The notes below the pieces were generated by a model. That model worked only from the letters and a program-made list of their open reading frames with translations, was not told the DNA's origin and ran no database searches. Shown piece after piece: positions 1 to 7,543 of a stretch of DNA of 34,036 nucleotides. How positions within the stretch are numbered: the stretch's first letter is position 1; each line of letters opens with the position of its first letter. The stretch is from Candidatus Zixiibacteriota bacterium (GTDB taxonomy: Bacteria; Zixibacteria; MSB-5A5; WJJR01). The DNA is taken from NCBI GenBank assembly GCA_036170655.1, contig JAVHPP010000110.1, positions 1-34,036 of the forward strand. The letters run 5' to 3'. Position numbers and translations under genes: made by a program.

Positions 1-62
1 CCCATGCCGCCCGCGCCCAGCTTGGAAGTGATCTTGTAGTGCAGGACTGTCTGGCCGATCAT
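1..62 (-). CDS. Hanks-type Ser/Thr protein kinase, N-terminal fragment (runs off window edge; absent from ORF track)
   Basis: Reverse complement of 62..1 reads MIGQTVLHYKITSKLGAGGMG, the typical start of a bacterial Ser/Thr kinase with the LGxGGMG glycine-rich loop. SD-like GGAAAGG at 76..70. Confidence 0.8.
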   Translation of the reverse strand, partial: MIGQTVLHYKITSKLGAGGM

Positions 63-94
63 GTCGCTGCCTTTCCAGCTTGTACCGGAACCAA

Positions 95-123
95 AAGCTA
101 AGGATTGCTAGTCATAACTGCAA
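95..123 (-). promoter_or_regulatory. Candidate sigma70 promoter for the kinase gene
   Basis: Minus strand TTGCAG-N17-TAGCTT, located between a terminator and the kinase start. Confidence 0.4.
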
Positions 124-233
124 GGCCAGAGCACTTCGACTCCGAGAAGTCGATAATGGATAAGTAGCGCTGCACGGCCTTTCTCAGTCCTTCATCTGAT
201 GGAGTGGCGCATGTCATGTCTCGAATAGCGGGT

Positions 234-262
234 CAAACGAAAGCCCCGCCGAAGCGGGGCTT
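234..262 (-). terminator. Rho-independent terminator
   Basis: Minus strand AAGCCCCGC-TTCG-GCGGGGCTT followed by TCGTTT: a perfect stem with cUUCGg loop, about 30 nt after the stop at 295. Confidence 0.8.
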
Positions 263-294
263 CTCTCCCAGTGGCCCATGGGGATGCAATGTCA

Positions 295-672
295 TCAATT
301 GGGCTTTGGGGGATTGAGTTGTGACATGGCCTTCGCCGTGTTCTCGTCAGCCATCTTCCCCGCCAGGGCCGGGTCGCTCATGGCCATCTTGTGGCACCCT
401 TCCGAGCAGCAGGCGTATTTCTTCCCACCGGATTCCAGATAGGGCGTGCTGGCGTCAGGAACGAAGATCTTCCCGCAGCCACAGATGGCGATTGCGTTCG
501 CGGCCGGGCCGGATGTGGCGCCGGTCGCACCCGAGGCTTGCGCTGACTCGGCATGTTTGGCCGCCGATGTGGACTTGGCATGAGGCTTCTTGCCCTGGGC
601 GAAAGCCCCTGATGGCCCCATCGCAGCCAAGACAGCGAGTACAAGAACTGCTATACCAAGGCGCTTCAGCAT
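295..672 (-). CDS. Exported small Cys-rich protein with TRASH/YHS-like metal-binding motif
   Basis: Start moved to ATG 672 (AAGGAGGA SD at 688..681). Signal peptide MLKRLGIAVLVLAVLAAMGPSGAFA, Ala/Ser linker, then CGCG-x19-YACCSEGC. Confidence 0.65.
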   Translation of the reverse strand: MLKRLGIAVLVLAVLAAMGPSGAFAQGKKPHAKSTSAAKHAESAQASGATGATSGPAANAIAICGCGKIFVPDASTPYLESGGKKYACCSEGCHKMAMSDPALAGKMADENTAKAMSQLNPPKPN

Positions 673-713
673 GACTCGGTTCCTCCTTGAAAAGGGTTGA
701 TTTGGGGTGAGTT

Positions 714-2111
714 TCATACCATTGGTTTGATGTTCTGGTTAAGCCGGAAAAGATTCGCAGGATCGTACTTCGTCTTCAGCGTGGCCAAGCGCTGGAAATT
801 GTCCCCATAGGTAGCCTTGATGCGGTCGTCGCCCTCTTCCATGAGGAAGTTGACGTAGGCACCGCCGGCCGACAGCGGGTGCAGTGCAGTCCAATAGTCA
901 CGAACCCATGCGACATTCTTTGGCGTGTCGGCCGGGTTGGGATACATCGCCGCGATCACGTGCACGTACCGGGCGCTCCGATGATAGAACGCCGTTGCAT
1001 CCTTGCCCACGCGGTTGGCAGCGCCGTTGACGGGATAGATGTGCATCGCTGAAGATACAGTAGGGATCGACGGGCCATACTTGACGTGGGCGTCGATGGC
1101 AGCGTCGCTCAATTCGGTCATGAAGTCAGCCTTCCAGTAGTTCTGCAATCCGGCGGGCACGAGCCCATCGAACATGCTCTGGAGGGCGGGGTATGGCATC
1201 GGCCCTACGAAATCGGCGAGCGGCGGTCCGACTTGCCGGAGGGGTTTAATCACTTCCTCCGCCTTCTCCATTGGACCCGAGTAGCAGCAGACGACGCCGC
1301 AGAGTGTTTTGTTGTGTAAGTGCTCCGGGAATGGCGGTCCGGGGGGAACGATCAGAAAGGCGAAGAAAGCATTCAGATCCTCGGGGGCCTTCTCCATGTA
1401 ATCGCGGTAGTTCCGCAGTGCCTCCCCAGCCTTCTCCAATGGATACAGCAGCGGCCCGGCATAGACCGTGCTCACGGGGTGCAGTTTGAATTCAAATGAA
1501 GTGACCACTCCGAAGTTGCCGCCGCCGCCGCGCAGCCCCCAAAGAAGGTCCGGATTCTTGCGGTCGCTGGCAGTGACGAAAGTGCCGTCCGCCAGGACAA
1601 CGTCTGCCGAGACCACATTGTCACACGACAGCCCGCATTTGCGTGTGAGATGGCCAATGCCACCGCCGAGTGTCAGGCCGCCGATGCCGGTGGTCGAGAT
1701 GATTCCGCCGGGCGCCGCCAAACCAAAGGCGTGCGTGGCGTGATCCAAATCACCCCAGGTGCAACCACCTTCCGCGCGGGCCGTGCGCGCCTCCGGATCG
1801 ACGCGGATACCCTTCATTGGCGACAGGTCTATCATCAACCCGCCGTCGCAGGTGGCCGCGCCTGTGACGTTGTGGCTCCCGCCGCGGATTGCGACGAGCA
1901 GGTTGTGCTGTCGCGCGAATTTCACGGCATTGATGACATCTGTCACCCCTGTGCATCGGGCGACCAGAGCAGGGTGCTTGTCGATCATGCCATTCCAGAC
2001 CGTGCGGGCCTCGTCGTATCCCGTATCACCCGGTCGCAGCAACTCGCCGCGAAAGCTGCCCTTCAGTTTTTGTACGTCTGCGTCCTGCAACACCGCCTTC
2101 GTTCCTCCCAT
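714..2111 (-). CDS. FAD-linked oxidoreductase (FAD_binding_4 + BBE domain, 6-hydroxy-D-nicotine oxidase/berberine-bridge-like)
   Basis: RGGSHN covalent-FAD His motif, GIGGLTLGGGIG, LRGGGGNFGVVT, C-terminal YVNF...KTKYDPANLF. Start moved to ATG 2111 (GGAGG SD). Confidence 0.9.
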   Translation of the reverse strand: MGGTKAVLQDADVQKLKGSFRGELLRPGDTGYDEARTVWNGMIDKHPALVARCTGVTDVINAVKFARQHNLLVAIRGGSHNVTGAATCDGGLMIDLSPMKGIRVDPEARTARAEGGCTWGDLDHATHAFGLAAPGGIISTTGIGGLTLGGGIGHLTRKCGLSCDNVVSADVVLADGTFVTASDRKNPDLLWGLRGGGGNFGVVTSFEFKLHPVSTVYAGPLLYPLEKAGEALRNYRDYMEKAPEDLNAFFAFLIVPPGPPFPEHLHNKTLCGVVCCYSGPMEKAEEVIKPLRQVGPPLADFVGPMPYPALQSMFDGLVPAGLQNYWKADFMTELSDAAIDAHVKYGPSIPTVSSAMHIYPVNGAANRVGKDATAFYHRSARYVHVIAAMYPNPADTPKNVAWVRDYWTALHPLSAGGAYVNFLMEEGDDRIKATYGDNFQRLATLKTKYDPANLFRLNQNIKPMV

Positions 2112-2403
2112 GGTTCCTCCGTCGTTACGTCTCGATCTTGTTGCGTCCTTGCGGACGATGCTGTTCCAAGACAACCGATTGACGATCCCGTGCTGAGATC
2201 GTCCATGGCGCATAATACGCAACAACGGCCAAATTGGCGATAAAATTTCTCCACATTGCCGCTTTCATCGTGCGTTGATTGTAACAGCGCCCACCGCGTC
2301 ACTTGCCAAGAAGACGATGGATATGGAAAGCCATCAGGAAAGGGTCGTGCCTACGCCACGTTTCCATTTCGGGGAACACCCCGGTATGTCCAGGAGAGCG
2401 AAT

Positions 2404-3414
2404 TTAGAGAGAGTAGACGCCGGCATCTGCCGGCACGTGATGGCGCGTCCATTCGATCACGCGTTGCAGTCCGTCATCAAGAGAGACCGACGGCAGCCAG
2501 TTGAGGAGACGCTTGGCATCCTCGGCATCGCAGACGAGGCGTTCGACTTCTGAGGCGGCGGGGCGAATACGCCGGTCATCGATCACGATGCGGAGTTGCT
2601 TGTCCAGGAGTCTGCCAACTCTCCCGACAATGTCTTGAACTGACGTCTCGACGCCGGTTCCGATCTGGATTTCGGTTCCGGGCGCAAGATTTGGCGCGGT
2701 TGCAGCGGCGATGAATCCGTGCGCCGTATCGGTGACGTAGAGGAAGTCACGCGTGGGATAGATCGACCCAAGGCGGATCAAATCGCCCTCCAGGGCTTGG
2801 GAGACAATCGTTGGAATCACCGCCCGAGGGGATTGACGCGGCCCAAATGTGTTGAAGGGTCGCAGGATGATAACCGGCAGGCCGAAGGATCGTGCGTATG
2901 ATTCGGCGAGAGCGTCGGCGGCGATCTTGGAGGCGGCGTAGGGCGACTGTCCATGACGCGGGTGGGCGAGCGTGATGGGTATTGTCTGCGCCGTGCCGTA
3001 GACCTCCGAAGTCGAGGTCTGGATCAGTCTCTTCACGCCCGCATCACGGCAGGCATTGAGCACATGCAGCGTGCCGATGATATTGGTTTGTACGTAATCT
3101 GTTGGATTCCGGTAGGAGAAGGGAATGGCGATCAACGCACCCAGATGAAAGACGATCGCGCAGCCGGCGACGGCTGCGCGCACCGCCTCGGGATCCTTCA
3201 GATCACCACGGACGATTTCGATACGCGCCAGCACGTCCGGGGGGAGCGTCGCCAAATGACCGAGACGATTCTGGGAATCGTAGCGCAGCAAGGCGCGGAC
3301 CCTGACGCCGCACGCGAGAAGCTGTTCCACCAGATGCGAGCCGATGAACCCACCCGCGCCGGTCACCAGCGCCTGTACGCCATCCAATGCGCTCATGGTT
3401 CTTTCATCGGCCAT
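2404..3414 (-). CDS. NAD-dependent nucleotide-sugar 4,6-dehydratase/epimerase (extended SDR, LegB-like)
   Basis: TGAGGFIGSH Rossmann motif, TSTSEVYG, YAASK catalytic YxxxK, RPFNTFGPRQS, ALIAIPFSY. Confidence 0.88.
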   Translation of the reverse strand: MADERTMSALDGVQALVTGAGGFIGSHLVEQLLACGVRVRALLRYDSQNRLGHLATLPPDVLARIEIVRGDLKDPEAVRAAVAGCAIVFHLGALIAIPFSYRNPTDYVQTNIIGTLHVLNACRDAGVKRLIQTSTSEVYGTAQTIPITLAHPRHGQSPYAASKIAADALAESYARSFGLPVIILRPFNTFGPRQSPRAVIPTIVSQALEGDLIRLGSIYPTRDFLYVTDTAHGFIAAATAPNLAPGTEIQIGTGVETSVQDIVGRVGRLLDKQLRIVIDDRRIRPAASEVERLVCDAEDAKRLLNWLPSVSLDDGLQRVIEWTRHHVPADAGVYSL

Positions 3415-3428
3415 AGGGGCACGTCACT

Positions 3429-4046
3429 TCATGCAAGCGGCCGTTCCCAATCGCCCCGGAAGGCGAAACCGGCGACCGGCCGTCGTTGCCGGGGTGCGCG
3501 TTCTTTCTCCCGTATATCTGACGGGAGATCGCTTTCCGGCAGCGTGTATCCGACAGCGATCATCGCCATCAGCTCGCAATCATCGGGGATATTGAAATAG
3601 GCGCGTGCCTTGGTCACATCGTATCCCGCCATCTGGTGAGCCCAAAGACCGAGAGCGGATGCCTGCAGGGCCAAACTCAAAGAGGCCGCGCCGACATCAT
3701 GGGAAGCGTGGCGGTTGGGCTTGCTGTTATGTGTAAATGTTAGTCTGGCGACCGACAGCAGAAGCATTGGCGCCGATTTTGCCCAGGCATTTCCCCCGGA
3801 AAGACAATCCCGCGCCCTGGCCAATGCATCTGGATCGGACTGGTCAAAAACGAGATAGCGCCATGGCTGCTCGTTGAAGCATGACGGCGCCCAGCGGGCG
3901 GCTTCGAGCATACTGAGGAGGTCAGAGGACGCCACGGGACGGGATGGATCATAAGCACGCGGGGACCAGCGGCGTGCGAGGATCTCTGAGATTGGGTGAT
4001 CAACCGGGGCTGTCTTTTCCATCGTCCTGATTCCTGTCTGAGTCAT
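3429..4046 (-). CDS. Nitroreductase family protein
   Basis: RRWSPRAY, AARWAPSCFNEQPWRY, LQASALGLWAHQMAGYD motifs. Confidence 0.9.
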   Translation of the reverse strand: MTQTGIRTMEKTAPVDHPISEILARRWSPRAYDPSRPVASSDLLSMLEAARWAPSCFNEQPWRYLVFDQSDPDALARARDCLSGGNAWAKSAPMLLLSVARLTFTHNSKPNRHASHDVGAASLSLALQASALGLWAHQMAGYDVTKARAYFNIPDDCELMAMIAVGYTLPESDLPSDIREKERAPRQRRPVAGFAFRGDWERPLA

Positions 4047-4118
4047 ATCCTCATCAGAAGGTTGAAGTGGTCTGGTCGTTCGCCGGACGGTTTCGACCCC
4101 ACCCCTGCCTCAGATGGC

Positions 4119-5261
4119 TTAGCGTGCGAGAGCTCCTGTTCTGCCCATCAGATAAACGATCAGTGTGCCAACGACCGTCCCGATCAGGTAGCCATGCGGC
4201 AGACTGGCTGCCATCACGGCCACGAGCAATGAAACGAATAAATCGGTCTTGGACAGAGCAACTTTTCCCACGAATGACATCAGGGCCAGTCCCTCAAAGA
4301 GCAGCACCACTCCCAAGATGGGCAAAGGAAAGATCTTCAACACCTCATCGAAGCTGCCGCTGAAGAAGAGGCCTGCCAGCAGGTACATGGCCCCATAGAT
4401 CACGACGGAGCCGCCGGTTCGGGCGCCAAATGTATAATGGCCGACCAGCCCTCCGGCGCCGTGGCAGCAGGGGATGCCGCTGAACCAGGGCGCCACCAGA
4501 TTCATCAGCGAGTACGTCAGTCCGATTTTCCGGACACCCACGGTTGCTTGGGGAAAGAGGTCTTTGACCGTTTTCTGTGTGGCGATGACGGAGTTTGAAA
4601 TCGACAACGCGAGTTGAGGGAGCGTCAACAGCAGAAATCCCTGCCAGATATCCGTCAGTTGTGGCGTCCACACCTTTATGTGAGCGATCCCCACGCCAGC
4701 AGACAATGTGTCGAGCCGGAGATTGAAGATGGCCGCGTACGCGGCGCCCAGCGCGATGACAAACAGGGCCGGTGGGTACGTCCTGTTGCCCCAAAGCAGC
4801 AAAGTCAGGACAAAGCCCGCCCCGGCAATGGCCCAGCCGCCGGGGCCACCGGACGGAACATACTTCTCCAGCGCCAGGCGGCAGAGCGACAGCCCAAGCC
4901 CCAGTTGGATGCCGCGGACCACGCTTTCGGGAATGACCTTGGCAACCCATTGGAGCAGCCCTGTCAGACTGAAGACGAGCATGATCACTCCGATAGCCAG
5001 CCCCGCACCATACAGGATGTTGCCCGTCAGCCCCTGCGAGATCATTAGAATGGCCATCGCCTTCAGGGGTTGCACGGGCATCGGCAGGCCGTAGAGCACA
5101 CCTCCGGTCAGGATCTGGAGTGCGCCAAAGGCGATCAGGACGCTGGCAGTGTCCAGGCGGCAAGTCAGAATCATCCCCGCGATCAGGGGCAGGTCGGTCC
5201 CGATGTCACCGAAAGCACCGGAGATCTCGTTGCGATCGAACCTGATATTTTTCCAGGCCAT
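4119..5261 (-). CDS. Putative molybdate/sulfate transporter (MOT1-like family)
   Basis: Highly hydrophobic multi-TM protein with EISGAFGDIGT, PMPVQPLKA and PCCHGAGGL...FGARTG, motifs characteristic of MOT1-type transporters. Confidence 0.8.
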   Translation of the reverse strand: MAWKNIRFDRNEISGAFGDIGTDLPLIAGMILTCRLDTASVLIAFGALQILTGGVLYGLPMPVQPLKAMAILMISQGLTGNILYGAGLAIGVIMLVFSLTGLLQWVAKVIPESVVRGIQLGLGLSLCRLALEKYVPSGGPGGWAIAGAGFVLTLLLWGNRTYPPALFVIALGAAYAAIFNLRLDTLSAGVGIAHIKVWTPQLTDIWQGFLLLTLPQLALSISNSVIATQKTVKDLFPQATVGVRKIGLTYSLMNLVAPWFSGIPCCHGAGGLVGHYTFGARTGGSVVIYGAMYLLAGLFFSGSFDEVLKIFPLPILGVVLLFEGLALMSFVGKVALSKTDLFVSLLVAVMAASLPHGYLIGTVVGTLIVYLMGRTGALAR

Positions 5262-5288
5262 TGACAACCCGCGGAGGAGGCAGACCAG

Positions 5289-5885
5289 TCATGCTCGCGA
5301 GGGAGGCTCGGCAAATCCTGCGAGGCGGAAGAGACGCCAACGTTCCAGGTACTTCTGGAGCGCCTTGTTGTAGAACCTGACCATGCCCCAGGCGATTGAT
5401 CCACCGAGGAGCCAGCCAGCCACGATGTCGGCGGGATAATGGACACCGATGTAGATACGGGAGTACGAAATCAGAAGCGAGAGCCCGAGCGCCGGCCAGA
5501 GCCACCGTCGATAGAGACGGCCAAAGAGGATGGCGGCGGCCATCGACGAGGTCGCGTGCCCGGACGGGAATGATAACGTGTTGCCGCATCCAGCGATCAC
5601 ACGCACGCCTTCCACTACGTGACAAGGCCGGAGGCGTCCGATCCAGGGCTTGATCACATGGGATGCCATCTGGTCGGTGATGGCCAATGTCACGATGGCG
5701 AGAAGAATGGCGCCGCGTCCTTTGCCGCCCCCGAAGAATGCGAGCGCCACGAGACCGGCCGCTACCGGTATACGGAAGTTCTTGATGTTGGTGACGATCG
5801 GCATCAGCCAGTCGAAGAACCCGTTGGCGACGCCGACATTGAGCTTGAGAAGCAGCCAAGTATCGAAGTTTATCAGGCTCTCCAT
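5289..5885 (-). CDS. PAP2-family membrane phosphatase (undecaprenyl-PP/lipid phosphatase-like)
   Basis: All three PAP2 motifs: KPWIGRLRP (Kx6RP), SFPSGH, SRIYIGVHYPAD. Confidence 0.9.
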   Translation of the reverse strand: MESLINFDTWLLLKLNVGVANGFFDWLMPIVTNIKNFRIPVAAGLVALAFFGGGKGRGAILLAIVTLAITDQMASHVIKPWIGRLRPCHVVEGVRVIAGCGNTLSFPSGHATSSMAAAILFGRLYRRWLWPALGLSLLISYSRIYIGVHYPADIVAGWLLGGSIAWGMVRFYNKALQKYLERWRLFRLAGFAEPPSRA

Positions 5886-5916
5886 CCGGTGGTATCCTTC
5901 CCGCTTCGAGAATCTC

Positions 5917-6561
5917 TCATTGGATCAGCAGCACGTTGGGTGTCAGGTCAACGCCGGTGCGGGCCAGTTCGTGCAGGCGCACCCGGAACGCGTCACCCTT
6001 TGACGCCGGGATGCGAACGATTCCATGCCCGCGTGTATCATAGGCGCCCGGGAGAAGATGCACTCCAAATTCATCCAGCACACGGAAAAGCGTGCCAGTG
6101 CGTTCGTGGTCAAAGTCGATGGCAATCTCCTGAACCACGGTTCTTGTGACAATGTGCGCGGCGGCAATCGCCCCGGCCGTGGCATCGGCATACGCCCGGG
6201 CCAGCCCGCCAGTGCCAAGTTTGGTGCCCCCAAAGTAGCGGGTCACCACGCAGATGATGTTCTCCAGCCCGGCATGGCGCAGCGCGTCAGCGATCGGTCT
6301 CCCCGCGGTACCGGATGGCTCACCGGCGTCGGATGATCGTTCCACGAGCAAGCCGGGACGCCCCGCACGCAAGGCCCAACAATGATGGGTGGCATCCGGG
6401 TAGCGTCGCTTCCTCTCCGTGAGACGGCCCTCCGCACCATCCACCGAACCCAAGGCGGCCATCCAGGCGATGAACTTCGAACCGGAGACGAGCATCGAAT
6501 CGCTGCATGGTTCTGCGACCGTGCGGAAAGTATCGGAAAAAGCGGGTGGGAGAGAGGTCAT
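5917..6561 (-). CDS. YigZ/IMPACT family protein
   Basis: SKFIA, DATHHCWA, SDAGEPSGTAG, VVTRYFGGTKLGTGGLARAY. Confidence 0.9.
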   Translation of the reverse strand: MTSLPPAFSDTFRTVAEPCSDSMLVSGSKFIAWMAALGSVDGAEGRLTERKRRYPDATHHCWALRAGRPGLLVERSSDAGEPSGTAGRPIADALRHAGLENIICVVTRYFGGTKLGTGGLARAYADATAGAIAAAHIVTRTVVQEIAIDFDHERTGTLFRVLDEFGVHLLPGAYDTRGHGIVRIPASKGDAFRVRLHELARTGVDLTPNVLLIQ

Positions 6562-6773
6562 GGTTCAGTAATGCACCGTGGCAATGATCGGTAAGGAGCC
6601 GTTGAAGTCAACACAAAGGGAATGGTGGCCGTCGTTCGGGCGAAGCCGCTGTCATCTGACCGGGGGTCGAAACTGGTAAATTTCCCCTTTCTCCTCCGCC
6701 GGGCGGGGCCGATAAACGTATTACGATTCAAGGAGCATCCCACGGGTCAGGTCAGATTTCAACTGGAGGTCAT

Positions 6774-7241
6774 GTGTCTGCATACAGCGCCATCATCAAT
6801 GCCTTGGAGTTGAATCCGTCAATCATTGCTGATTTGGCGGACGAGTTTCCGGCCAGTGGCCGGAGTCTCCGCATCGTGCCGGGAAAGTGGTCGGCCCTGG
6901 AGCATGTCGCGCACTTGGCGCAGGTGGAATCCGTCTTCAATGCTCGGTTGCAGCAGATGCTGGAGAATCCGGGCGCGGCGGTCGTGCCCTACGATCCGGA
7001 CCATGATCCGCAGTCTCTGGCCGGCGCCGATTGGGAAGATGTTCTGACGAAGTACCAATGGCAACGCGCAGAACTGGTTGGGGTGATGCGCGGACTGGAT
7101 CTTGCCACATGGGAGAAGCCGGTCCCGCATCCGGGATACAACAAGTACTCCATTCGGATCATGGCGCGTCATATTGCATTGCACGATCTGCTGCACGGGT
7201 ACCGGATTGAAGGACTGATGCTCGCTGTCGGGCAGCCTTGA
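6774..7241 (+). CDS. DinB/YfiT-like metalloprotein
   Basis: GKWSALEHVAHL and HIALHDLLH (His triad pattern). GGAGG SD just upstream of the GTG start. Confidence 0.8.
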   Translation: MSAYSAIINALELNPSIIADLADEFPASGRSLRIVPGKWSALEHVAHLAQVESVFNARLQQMLENPGAAVVPYDPDHDPQSLAGADWEDVLTKYQWQRAELVGVMRGLDLATWEKPVPHPGYNKYSIRIMARHIALHDLLHGYRIEGLMLAVGQP

Positions 7242-7261
7242 GTGCAGAGGACGGTTTGATC

Positions 7262-7291
7262 TTGCTGGCCGGAAGCTTCGCGGGATATACT
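7262..7291 (+). promoter_or_regulatory. Candidate sigma70 promoter of the ileS leader
   Basis: TTGCTG-N18-TATACT, predicting a transcription start near 7298. Confidence 0.55.
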
Positions 7292-7321
7292 GCAGTGGTC
7301 TCAGAGCAACCTGGTGCAATT

Positions 7322-7363
7322 ATGACAACCGCTCAGATAATCAGACGAATTATTGGCCCATAG
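7322..7363 (+). CDS. Putative Ile-sensing leader peptide (MTTAQIIRRIIGP, 13 aa)
   Basis: ATG ACA ACC GCT CAG ATA ATC AGA CGA ATT ATT GGC CCA TAG: 4 Ile codons in two tandem pairs directly upstream of ileS. Weak SD GGTG at 7312-7315. Confidence 0.7.
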   Translation: MTTAQIIRRIIGP

Positions 7364-7430
7364 CTGGTGGTGGTCGCGGCGGAGCGGTGCACTCAGAAGA
7401 CGTCGGCGACCGGCCGGCGTCGTTTCGTTT
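7364..7430 (+). terminator. Putative attenuator: antiterminator (7372-7381 with 7401-7411) versus terminator hairpin (7399-7421) plus U-rich tail
   Basis: Terminator GACGTCGGC-gaccg-GCCGGCGTC (9 bp, one G:U) followed by GTTTCGTTT. Competing helix GGTCGCGGCG / CGTCGGCGACC (10 bp, one bulge). Confidence 0.65.
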
Positions 7431-7543
7431 ATGGAGGCGCCAGATACTTCGTGACTGCGTCGGGATGATGAATTAAATACACACGTTTGGCCGGGCCAGT
7501 GACGCGTCTCTGTCAAAAACCCTCGCTTCGGGGCAGGCCACAC

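Noticed and set aside
2112..2225. ORF-track N-terminal extensions (also 673-717, 7487-7543, 14817-14936, 26564-26692, 27621-27662, 31426-31479)
   Set aside because: Downstream starts have better SD sequences or match family N-termini; some extensions overlap neighbouring genes or terminators.
6772..6813. Possible frameshift or competing start at the DinB gene (ATGTG: ATG 6772 opens a short out-of-frame ORF)
   Set aside because: The ATG is too close to the GGAGG to be efficient, and GTG 6774 gives a complete DinB domain.
7298..7430. T-box riboswitch upstream of ileS (GGTGGTGGTCGCG resembles GGTGGNACCGCG)
   Set aside because: The UGGNACC bulge is not present and I see no Stem I with AG/GA motifs. 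The Ile-rich uORF explains the region better. An Infernal T-box scan would settle it.
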